From contig JABANN010000008.1 of assembly GCA_013115125.1 (NCBI GenBank), positions 62,001 to 126,000 of the forward strand: a stretch of DNA of 64,000 nt, written 5' to 3'. A model generated the notes under the pieces. That model was not told where the DNA came from, did not search any database, and was given only the letters and a program-made list of their open reading frames with translations. Made by a program: the position numbers and the translations under genes. This stretch comes from Perkinsus olseni (Eukaryota). Shown one piece after another: positions 24,801-36,800 of this stretch; position 1 is the first letter of the stretch; each line of letters begins with the position of its first letter.

Positions 24801-27800
24801 ATGTCACTGAGATCGTTTGCGCGGTTGGGGTCTAGTCTTTCGGCCTTCGGATCCTGTCGTTTCGGAGGCAGCGTGTCGACGCTGGACTTCGTCCATCTGG
24901 GCAGCTCTCTGAGCCTGCGAGGGTTCTCTCGGCTTGGCAGCGCTCTATCCACTGTGGGGAGGACCAGACTGGCCTCCAGTACCAGCATACTCGACTTCCT
25001 TCACCTCGGCAGCTCGATGTCCGTCAGATCGCTGGCGCGACTAGGCAGCTCTCTTTCCATGTTCGGCCTGGCCAGGCTTGGTAGTTCCGTGTCGGTCCTC
25101 GCCTTTGCCAACGTCGGCAGCTCCTGCTCGCTGCGGAGTTACGTCCGCCTCGGGTCGAGGCTGTCAGTCTTCAGCCTGATGCGCTTCGGCAGCAGCATGT
25201 CTCTGCTCGACAGCGCATCGTTTGGGTCGACCCTATCCCTCCGGGCCGTCGCTCGTGCGGGCTCTACTGCCTCGGTCATCGGCCTTGCCTGGCTCGGCAG
25301 CTCGATGTCCGTTCTTGACTACACCAACGTCGGCTCCTCCCTTTCGCTGAGGACCTTTGCCCGAGTCGGCAGTGCTCTAACAGTTTTCTCGGTAGCAAGG
25401 CTTGGGAGTAGCTCATCCACGCTGGATTGGGTAAGCCTTGGTAGCTCTCAGTCTCTCCGCAGCTTCTTCCGGATGGGGTCCACCATATCGCTCTTCGGTG
25501 CGGCTCGGTTCGGCAGCTCCCTGACCATGCTCAACTACGCTACTCTCGGCTCATCCCTCAGCTTGCGCTCCTACGTCCGCTTCGGGTCTGCCTTGTCAGT
25601 GGCCGATGGTATCAGGACGGGTGCGTACCTGTCAACAGTGTCCGAGACCCACCTTGGCAGCTCCCTCTCCACACGAGCCTTCGTTCGCTTGGGCAGCTCT
25701 TTGTCGGCGTTAGGGTGCCTGCGGCTGGGATCTTCCTTATCGCTGCTCGACTTCGCCTGCCTGTCCAGCGCCATGTCCCTTCGGAACTTCGCTCGGGTTG
25801 GTTCGACGGTATCCATCCTGTCGGTATCAAGACTTGGCAGCTCCTTATCGATATTCGACTTCGCCACATTGGGCAGTGCTCTATCGCTGCGTTCCTTCGG
25901 TCGCTTCGGCAGTAGTGTCAGCTCGTTCGGCCTGGCTCGGCTTGGACTGTCCTTGAGCGCCTTGGACTACGCATCCTTCGGTAGCTGTGTCTCATTGAGG
26001 TCAGTGGCTCGTCTGGGTAGCTCATGCTCGGCCTTCGCCGCCAACAGGCTCGGCTCGGCGGTGTCTGTAGTGGACTTCACCCATCTGGGCAGCTCCCTGT
26101 CCCTACGTGAGTTCGCCAGGCTGGGCAGCGCCGTATCGGTACTCAGCGCAGCCAGGCTCGGGGATGTTGTATCGGTCCTGAGCTTCACCGAGGTGGCCAG
26201 CGGTCTGTCCTTAAGAGGCTTTGCCAGGCTCGGCTCTACGTGCTCAGTGATGGCCAAGGCTTACTTCGGCTCTACTCTGACTGTCCTTAATGCCGCTCAT
26301 CTGAGCAGCTCTCTGAGTCTAGCAAGGTTTGCCCGCTTCGGCAGTGGATTCTCCATTCTGGGCGTGGCCAGGCTGGGTTCGTCCTTCTCGGTCTTCGACG
26401 GCGGCTACATGGGCAGCTCCCTGTCGCTGCGTAGCTACGCCAGGCTGGGTTCCTGCCAGAGCATCTGCGGCGTCACCCGGGTAAGCTCAGCCTGCTCTGT
26501 TCTCGACTACTTCCACCTCGGAAGCTCACTATCTCTGCGGGACTCCACCCGAATGGGCAGTTCGGTCTCATTATTCGGCCTTGCGCGACTAGGAAGCAGC
26601 TTATCGACGGTGGACTTCACGACCCTATCGAGCTCCCTCTCCATCAGAGCCTTTGCGAGGGTGGGCAGCAGCCTATCTACTGTGTCGACTGTCCGCTTCG
26701 GGGAGCAGCTGTCGGCCGTGGATGTCGCTAACCTGGGCTCTTCTCTCTCCTTGCGCAACTTCCTCCGTATTGGAGGCCGTATCTCTGCCTTCGATATGGC
26801 CAGGCTCGGCAGTACCATGTCGATCCTCGATGCCGTGTACCTCGGCAGCTCCCTCTCTGTCCGGGACTTCGCTCGAGTAGGGTCCTCGATCAGTACGGTT
26901 GGTATGGCCCGGATCGGCTCCCAGACCTCCATAATGCACGAGACAGCTCTCGCCTCGTCGCTTTCCCTACGGACCTTCGCCAGGATGGGCAGCACCTGCT
27001 CGATGTTCGGCTCAGCTCGCCTTGGGTCAGCCTTGAGTGTTCTATCTTTCGCCTCCTTCGGCAGTACCCTGTCCCTGAGAGGCCAGGCACGGCTCGGCAG
27101 TCAGTGTTCCCTCTTCGGTACCTCAAGGTTCGGCTATGACGTCTCCATAATGGAGTCGGCCCTCTTGGGCTCATCTCTGTCTCTGCGTGCGGCAGCTCGG
27201 CTAGGCTCGAGTATCTCCGTCCAGGGTGGGTCGCGGCATGGTGGTTGCATGAGCGCTATGGCTAATGTAGAGCTCGGGAGCTCTCTGTCGTTGAGAGCAT
27301 TCACGAGGCTTGGAAGCGGCCTGTCGGTGTTCGAGACCTCGAGACTGGGTGGCTCCCTCTCTGCCCTCAACTATGTGGCTGTGTCAAGCTCTCTTTCTTT
27401 GCGGGGCTGCGTCAGGCTCGGCAGCACACTGAGTATTTTCGACGGGTCTCGGCTCGGTGGGTCACTATCATCTTTAGCCCATACCACCATAGGCAGCTCC
27501 CTGTCGCTGCGCTCCTTCACAAGGATGGGCTTGACCCTCTCCCTCATGGGCATGGCCCGCTTCGGTGACTCTATCAGCCTCGTGGACTTCGCCACATTCA
27601 GCTCGTCGCTGTCACTGCGCCAGTTGGCCCGCCTTGGCAGCTCCCTCTCCGTGTCGAGTCGAGCTAAGATATGCTCGGACATGAGCATACTGGATTTCCT
27701 TCACCTAGGGTCCTCTCTATCAGTCCGTACGATGGTCCGGCTGTCCAGCTCCCTCAGTCTCGTCGGAGCCGCCCGGTTGGCCAACACGATGTCGGTGCTG

Positions 27801-30800
27801 GACTTCCTCCAGCTTGGCAGCAGTCTGTCGGTCAGGACCACAGCGAGGCTTGGGTCCGGCATCTCCATCGTCGGCCTGGCCCGGGTTGGCTCAGCAGTCA
27901 GCTCAGTTGGCCGCTGCCATGTAGGGTCGGCTCTCTCCACCCGGAGCTTCGTTCGGTTCGGCAGCGCTCTATCTGTCTACGGCATGGCTCGCATCGGCAG
28001 TCCACTCTCGGCCCTCGACTGCACAGCATTGGGCAGCGCCTTCTCCCTTCGAGCTGCAGCGAGGGTTGGCAGCTCCTTATCGACATTCGGAACCACCAGA
28101 CTCGGTGCCGCGATCTCTGCGGCTGACGCTACCTCCCTCGGCAGCTCGCTATCACTCCGGTCCACGGCAAGGTTGGGCTCTACTGTGTCCTTGTTCGGCC
28201 TGGCCCGTTTCGGCGGCAGCCTCAGTGCCCTGGACCTAGTGGCGATAGGCAGCACCGTCTCCTTGCGGAGTGCCTCCCGGCTTGGTTCGGGCCTCTCAGT
28301 ATTCGGCAAGACTCGTTTCTGCGGCTCGAACTCCGTGATGGACTTCGTTACCGTCGGCAGCGCTCTCTCGGTCCGGCAGTACGCCCGCTACGGAAGCACC
28401 CTGTCGGTAGCATGCGCTGCTCACTTCGGATCATGCCTCTCGGTATTGGACTACCTCGCTATGGGTAGTTCCCTGTCTACCCGAGCTCTCTGCCGTATAG
28501 GTTCGGGGCTGTCCATGCTGGGCAGTGCCCGTTTCAGCTCCACTATGAGCCTGATGGAGCAGGCTGCTCTAGGGAGCGCCCTCTCAGTACGGTACATGGC
28601 CAGGATCGGCTCCTCGATCTCGACCCTTAGTACAGCTAGATTCGGTGCTAGCCAGTCTACTACAGACTTCATCCTGATGGGGTCGGCTCTCAGTGTGAGG
28701 TGCCTTGCACGTATTGGATCATCGCTGTCGGTGGTCGGTCAAACGAGGATCTCCGGCGGTCTCAGTGTGGTGGACTTCCTGCACCTCGGCAGCTCACTAT
28801 CGCTCAGGAAGCTAGTGCGGGTGGGGTCCTCGCTTAGCACGGTCGGAGCGGCCCGCCTAGGCTCCTCTCTCAGTGCTTTGGACTTCGTCCATCTGGCCAG
28901 CAGCCTGTCGCTGAGGAACTTCGTCCGGATGGGCTCAACGCTGTCGGCCTTCTCGTCTTTGCGTCTGGCCAGCTCAGTCTCTATCCTCGACTTTGCCTCC
29001 CTCGGCAGCACGGTATCTCTATCAGGCTTCGCTAGATTCGGTTCATCCCTTAGCAGTCTCGGTGTGGGTCGACTGGGGGGCGGTTTCTCAGTGCTGGACG
29101 CCACCTCCCTCGGGAGTACCCTCTCTCTCCGGAGCATGGCTCGCTTCGGCAGTAGCCTTAGTGTCCTCGGCTCTGCCCGACTCGGCGCTGCGATCTCGGC
29201 CGTCGACTTCGCCAACCTAGGCAGTGCACTGTCCATACGGTTCTCGACGAAGGTTGGGAGCAGCTGCTCTCTACTCGGCGTGACACGCGTTGGCTCGTCC
29301 CTCACCGTCCTAGGCTTGGTCAACTTCGGATCTTCCTTATCGGTTCGGCAATTCGTCAGAGCCGGCAGCTCCCTGTCTGTCGTCTCTCACGGCAGAGTCG
29401 GCGGTTTCCTCAGCGGTATGGACTTTGCTACTCTCGGTAGCTCGCTGTCTCTCCGGACGTACGGTCGCATCGGCAGCTCCATCAGCGCACATGCTAGCAC
29501 GCGCATCGGCAGGGCACTATCAACGGTCTCTCAAGTCCACCTAGGCAGCAGCTTGTCGCTCAGATCCTGCGGTCGCCTTGGTAGCTCTCTGAGTCTTCTC
29601 GGCTGTGCTAGGTTTGGGTCTGTACTCACTGTAGTCGCCCAGTCCCATCTCGGCTCATCACTGTCCATCAGATCCTTCAGTCGACTAGGAAGTGCCCTCT
29701 CCTGCTACGGTACGGCCCGCCTCGGCAGCAGTGTCTCGGTCTTCGACGCCGTCAGCTTCGGCTCGACGCTATCGATGCGCCAGGCGGCTCGTATGGGCAG
29801 CACTCTCTCCTTGTTCGCCACGGCTAGGTTAGGAGCCGCCTGCTCCGCGTTGGACTTCCTGCAGCTCGGCAGCTCGCTATCACTCCGCAACGTAGCCCGT
29901 ATTGGCAGCATGGTATCGGCCTTCGGCGGTGCGCGGTTCGGGTCATTGGTCAGTACAGTAGACTTGGTGACAGTCAGCAGCTCAGTCAGCATGCGCAGCT
30001 TCTCCCGGCTGGGTTCTGGCATGTCTGTCTATGGCTTCGCTCGCATCGGCAGCAGTGTCTCCTCCTTCGACTTCGTCAACCTCGGCAGTGCCTTCTCTAT
30101 CCGCGGCGCTATGAGGATGGGGTCAGCTCTGTCGCTGTTCGGATCGGCCCGACTCGGCTCGGCACTCTCTGTTCTGGACTTTGCCACCGCGGGCTCGAGC
30201 CTTTCCTTGAGGAGTTTCAGCCGCTTCGGCTCGTCTCTCTCGACTTTCGGAGGTGCCAGGCTGGGCTGCTCTCTTTCTGCGGTGGACTTCGCCACTCTCG
30301 CGTCAACCCTATCAGTGCGGTCGGCTTCTCGGTTAGGCGACGGTCTGAGCGTTCTCGGCAGAGTGTCACACGGCGACCGGACCTCTATTATGGACTTCTG
30401 TGCCTTGGCCAGCTCGGTGTCTTTGCGGGCAATGGCCAAGTTCGGATCTGCCGTATCGGTTCTCAGTACGGCTAGGCTCGGCTCATCGATGTCGGTTTTA
30501 GGGTTCTCCTTGCTCGGCAGCTCCCTTTCGCTGAGGTCCGCGGCGCGGTTCGGCAGTGGCCTCTCGTTAGAGGGCGTGCATAGGATGAGGAGCTCTCTAT
30601 CCGCACTGGACTTCGTCCACTTCTCAAGTGCATTATCCCTGCGCAGCTTCACTCGGTCAGGCAGCGCAGTGTCGCTGTTCGGGGTCTCGAGGATGGGCAG
30701 CTCCTTCTCCGTCTTCGACTGGGCTACTATCGGTAGCGCTCTCTCGATCCGTGGGGTCGTCCGCTCCGGCAACACAGTGTCCATCGTCGGGGCAACTCGA

Positions 30801-33800
30801 CTCGGTGTCCTCTCTGTGATGGATCTATCTGCTCTCGGCTCCTCGCTGTCGCTGCGCTCGACTGCCAAGTTGGGCAGCTCTTACTCGCTCTTCGGGGCAT
30901 CTCGGCTCGGCTCCCAGCTGTCGGTTATCGACTTGGTCAATCTCGGCTCGGCTCTGTCCCTCCGGGCCATGGTCAAGCTCGGCAGCAACCTCTCTTTATT
31001 CTCTCTGGCTCGCCTCGGCTCAGCTCTCAGCGTCTGTGATTTCTCCACCTTTAGCAGCTCCATCTCGGTAAGGCACTTCCTCCGGGTTGGCAGCGCGATG
31101 TCTACCTTTGGCCTCGCTCGATTAGGCAGTGCTCTGTCGGTGCTAGACCAGGTATCGCTTGGGTCGAGCCTCTCCGTGCAGGGGGTTCTCAAGCTAGGCA
31201 GCGCCGCGACCTTCTGCCAGACAAATATCCAGTCGGCCTTGTCAATTCTGGACTACGTCAACTTGGGATCGAGCCTGTCCATCCGCAACTTCGCTCGGTT
31301 GGGCAGCAGCCTCTCTGTCGCTTCTCTCGGCAGGATCGGCGATAGCATGTCCGTGGTGGGCTTCTCTCACTTCGGCAGCTCCCTTTCGCTGAGGTCCATC
31401 ACCCGTCTAGGGAGTGCCCTCAGCTTGACGGGCTGCTCACGACTCGGCAAGGAGATATCAAGCTTCGACTACGCCGCTCTCGGCTCCGCTCTATCCCTTC
31501 GAGCCATGGCGCGTTTCGGCAGCGACATTTCGACTTTCGGTCTGGCTAGGGTCGGCTCGGTCGTCTCCGTTCTCGGAGCTGCTCACCTCGGCAGTACCCT
31601 GTCCTTGCGCAACTTCGCTCGCATCGGCAGCTCGGTGTCGGCCATGCTGAGCTCACAGGTCGGAGGGTCCATGAGCATCCTGGACTACCTAGCTCTCGGG
31701 TCCTGTGCCTCCCTCCGGAGTTTGGTCAGGTTGGGTTCGGCCCTTTCGGTCCTGGGAGTGTCTAGGTTCGGATCTGCGATGTCGGTAATGGACTGCGTGT
31801 TCCTCGGTTCCAGCGCCTCGGTGAGGGCCTTCTCGAGGATGGGCAGCACTGCCTCGGTCTACGGCCTGATGAAGCTCGGCAGCAGCATGTCAGTGCTATC
31901 CTCCACCACTCTAGCTTCCTCTCTGAGCCTTCGGCAACTGCTTCGGATCGGCAGCGGCGTGTCGGTGCTTGAGACTCTGCGTCTCGGCCATACGCTAAGT
32001 GCTCTGGATGCCACGACCCTAGGTTCTAGCCTCTCCCTGAGGGCTGCCTTCAGAGCAGGCTCCACTGTCTCAATCCTTAAGACCTGTCGTATAGGTCAGG
32101 ACTGCTCTGTTGCCGGTCAGAAGCAGATCGGCAGCTGTTTATCGACCCGAAGCTTCGTCAGACTCGGCTCGGGTCTTACAGTGTATGGTCTAACTAGACT
32201 TGGCAGCGCCTTGACCATCCTAGACTTCGTCCAGATGGGCTCCGCGACCTCCCTGAGGTCCTTCATTCGCGCCGGCAGCTCTCTCAGCGTTGGCAGCATG
32301 GCCCGTCTCGGAGCATCGCTGTCTGTCTTCGATATGGTATCTTTCGGCAGCACTCTGTCCCTGCGTAACGTAGCACGCGCTGGGTCGGCTCTCTCCTGTT
32401 TCTCCTTGGCCCGGTTCGGATCTGTTCTCTCCATTTTCGATGCGACTACCCTCGGCTCGACTCTGTCTTTGAGATCTTACGTCCGAGCAGGCAGCCAGCT
32501 GAGCACCTTCGGCTCTGTGAAATTCGGCAGCTCCATGTCCACTCTCGGGTCGGCCTCCGTCGGTAGCACCCTATCGGTGAGGTCCTTCTCTAGACTCGGC
32601 AGCGCCGTATCAGCCTACGGTGCAGCACAGGTCGGTGGACTCGCTTCTGCCCTTGGAACAGCTTCCCTGGGCAGCACTCTAAGCGTGCTGGATGCGGGCT
32701 CCTTCGGCTCCGCTCTGTCGCTGCGTTCCTATGCCAGGCTGGGTAACAGCCTCTCGGCTCTAGGCTGCGCTCACTTCGGCAGTACCCTGTCACTGCGGTC
32801 TGGTGCGCGCATGGGCAGTGCTATGTCAGTCTGGGGCTACGCTAAGTTCGGAGGCTCGGCATCGGTTGCGGACCTGGCCAGCTTGGGCAGTAACCTCTCC
32901 GTCCGTGCTTTCGTGCGCATCGGCAGTTCACTCTCGGCACGTGCTAGGTCGAGGCTTGGTGGGTCGGCGAGCGTCCTTGACTATGTCGTCCTCGGTAGCA
33001 CTCTGTCGTTGAGAGCTTTCACTCGACTGGGCTCTGCTCTCTCGACGCTGGGTGGTCACCGTCTCGGAGGCGCCCTCTCAGCTCTCGACTGCGTGGCATT
33101 GGGGAGCTCACTCTCGCTTCGAGACTTGGTACGCGTCGGTAGCTCAGTATCAGTTTACGCAGCCACTCGCTTCGGCGACGCCCTCTCAGTCCTGGACTTC
33201 ACGCACATGGGCAGCACTTTGTCAGTACGATCCACTCAGAAACTTGGCTCTGCATTATCCCTCTTTGGCCTGGCTCGCCAAGGATCGAGCACTTCCATCT
33301 TCGACTATGTGTCCCTTGGCTCGAGTCTGTCGCTTCGCCACCATGCCCGTCTAGGAGGTTCTCTCTCCGCTTACGGTGCGGTTAGGCTCGGGTCTTCACT
33401 CTCGGGTGGTGACTGGGTTTACGCTGGTTCCTGCCTCTCCGCCCGGTCCTTCACCCGGCTTGGCAGCTCCCTCAGCGTAGCTGCCATATCAAGATTCGGC
33501 GAGTCCGTCTCCCTGTTCGACTGGGCGTCCATGGGCAGCGCTATGTCTCTGCGATCCGTCGCTAGGTTCGGCAGCTGCCTCTCCGTCTTCGGCATGACCC
33601 GTTTTGGTAGCTCCCTCAGTGTCCTTGAGTATACCGCCCTATCGAGCAGCCTTTCCTTGCGGGGCTTGGTGAGGTTGGGCAGTCGGCTATCTGTGTATGA
33701 TGCTACAAGACTTGGAAGTGTGCTCTCTGTCGTGGATACGGTCACCTTGGCAAGCGCGCTCTCCCTACGATCATTCGCTCGAGCTGGCAGCTCCCTCAGC

Positions 33801-36800
33801 ATATTAGGAGCGTGCAAGCTCTCCAGCCAGCTCACGGTTCTGGCGCAGGCCGGCTTCGGCAGTACTCTGTCGTTGCGATCCTTCGCTCGTCTTGGTTCAT
33901 CGCTGAGCCTCTACGGCAGCAGCAGGCTTGGCAGCAGTGTTACTGTCCTGGACGCGTCCATGCTGGGCAGCTCACTATCGCTTCATCACTTTGCAAGGTT
34001 CGGCGGTCAGCTCTCGGCCTTCGGGACTGCGCGGCTAGGAGATGTGACTAGTACCCTCGGCTCTGCGGCTCTCGGCAGCTCTCTGTCTCTGCGACGCTTC
34101 GCCAGGCTCGGCAGCGGGCTGTCTGTCCATGTTGCGAGCAGGATGGGTTCCTCAACTTCTTCGCTGGGCTTCGCTACACTGAGTAGCTCCCTGTCGTTGA
34201 GGTCTCTGGCTCGGTTTGGAAGCACCCTCAGTGTTGCCGCGGCTTCACGGTTCGGAGAGTCCTTGTCCCTGCTCGACATGGCCTCTCTCGGTTCGACATT
34301 TTCTACCAAGTCTCTAGGCCGTATTGGTAGCGCTCTATCAGTATTCGCCGGGGCTCGGCTCGGTGACACCCTGTCGCTGCTTAACGCTGCAGCTCTCGGC
34401 AGCTCCCTCTCCCTAAGGGGTTGTGCCAGAGCAGGCTCGAGGCTGTCGGTCTTCTCGGCTACCCGGTTTGGCAGTTCCGTCAGCACTGCAGACTTCCTCC
34501 TTCTCGGGAGCGCTCTGTCAGTCCGGTCCTTCAGCCGTCTCGGGTCATCCCTGTCGATCTTCGGCGCCGGCCGCTACGGCAGCTCGATGTCGATATTCGA
34601 CTTCGTCAATATGGGCAGCACTGTGTCCCTTCGAGCGTATCTCCGCATTGGGAGTAGCTTGTCGGTGATGGAGTCCGTCCGGTTCGGTGACAGCCTCTCT
34701 GTTCTGGACTACACCACGCTGGCCTCCTCGCTGTCCTTACGAGAGCTTATTCGTCTCGGCAGCTCCCTGTCAACCGTTGGTTGTGCTAGACTAGGAGCCG
34801 CCCTGAGCGTCCTCGACATGGGGCACCTCGGAAGCTCCCTATCTCTGAGAGGGTTCATGAGAGCCGGGAGCACAGTGTCTGTATTCGGTACAGCGCGGCT
34901 TGGCAGCACTTCATCCACTATCGATCATGTGTGGCTGGGCAGCTCGCTCTCGGTGAGGAGTCTAGCCCGCTTCGGCAGCGGCTGCTCTGCCTACGGTCTT
35001 GCCCGCTTTGGCAGTTCCCTGACAGCTCTGGACTACACTACCCTCGGGTCATCTCTGTCGGTTCGCTCCTTCATGAGAGCTGGCAGTAATGTTTCTATCA
35101 TGGACTACCTGGCCCTGGGGAGCTCCCTTTCTGTGAGAGGCACCGCTAGGCTCGGTAGCGATCTCTCTGTCGCCGGCCTAACCCGCTTCGAATCGGCCTT
35201 CTCGACCATCGATGCGTTGACTCTAGGCAGTACCCTCTCCCTGACTGGGTTCGCCAGGTTCGGCAGGAGAGTGTCTTTATTCGACTATTCTAGTCTGGGT
35301 AGCAGCTTGTCTTTACGCGGCCTCGCGAGGCTCGGCAGCGGCTGCTCAGTACTCGACGGCGCTCGGCTCGGGTCGTCTCTGACAGTTGTGAGCCAGACGC
35401 ATCTGGGCAGCTCCCTGTCGATGCGGTCCTTCGCTAGGGTCTCCGGCAGTGCGTCCGTCTTGGCCGCGAATGCCCTTGGTAGCTCACTGTCACTGCGTGG
35501 ATTGGCGAGGTTCGGTAGCTCGCTGTCGATCTTCGGTACTACAGGCGTCGCCGATGCCCTCAGCGCTTTCGGCTCCGCTACTCTTGGCAGTTCTCTCTCG
35601 CTGAGAGCCTTTGCCCGCGTTGGCTCGGCTGTGTCCGTACTGGGAGTATCTCGCCTGGGCGATCAGATCTCCGCGATGTGCAAAGCTCAGTTCGGATCTT
35701 CCCTGTCGATTCGCAGTTTTGTGAAGGCTGGGAGCTCCTTCTCTGCTCTGGACGCCTCTGAGTTCGGCAGCTCTTTGTCGTTGAGGAGCTTCCTGCGATC
35801 GGGCAGCACACTGTCGGCCTTGGGAGGGGCGAGATTGGGTCACTCCCTCACCGTCCTCGACCAGGTCGCCCTCGGTAGCAGTCTTTCTGTGCGGACTTGT
35901 ACCAGATTCGGAAGCGCAGTCAGTGTCTTGTCTGACGCTCGCGTCGGTGGGGCCCTCTCAGCGCTGGACACGGCACGCCTCGGCCAAGCCCTGTCGGTGC
36001 TGGACTTCGTCCATCTTGGCAGCTCCCTCTCAATCAGAGGCTTCGCTCGTCTCGGTAGCTTTGTCTCTGTTTGCTCTACGTCCAGACTTGGTGACAGCCT
36101 CAGTGCGGTTGGTGCGACACACCTCGGCAGTGCTCTATCCTTGAGGGCTGCAGCGAGGATCGGTAGCTCAATTTCGGCCTTGTCCGGAGCCCGATTGGGA
36201 CTGTTCCTCTCAGTGGTTGATCAGGCGAGTCTCGGAAGTGCTACGTCACTGCGTAGCTTCTCCAGACTCGGCAGTTCCCTCTCCGTCCTCTCGACCGCTA
36301 GGCTCGGCGCCGCGTTGAGCGCAGTGGACTGCATCACCCTCGGCAGCAGCCTATCGCTGCGCAGCACTGGTCGTGTGGGCAGCGGTGTCTCCACTCTGGG
36401 TCTCGTTCGAGTAGGTTCTTCTCTCTCGGTCCTCGACTGGGCCAGGATCGGAGACTCTCTGTCGGTTGTGTCGGCAGCGAGCTTTGGTAGCACTCTATCG
36501 GTCCGAAGCTTCGCAAGGCTAGGACGGAGCATCAGCACTGTTGACTTCGCCCAACTCGGTAGTTCCCTCTCGGCCAGGTCTCATGCCCGGTTAGGCTCCA
36601 AGCTCAGCGTCCTTGACTACGTCCTTCTAGGCAGTGCTATGTCGCTCCGCTGCGCCTTGCGTGTCGGTAGCCACCTGTCGGCGGTTGGCTTGGCACGCGC
36701 CTCGGGTCTTTCTATTATTGAACAGTCTGAGCTCGGGAGCTCCCTGTCCCTGAGGGCCTTCGCCAGGCTGGCATCCTCGGCATCGGTGCTGGACTACTTG

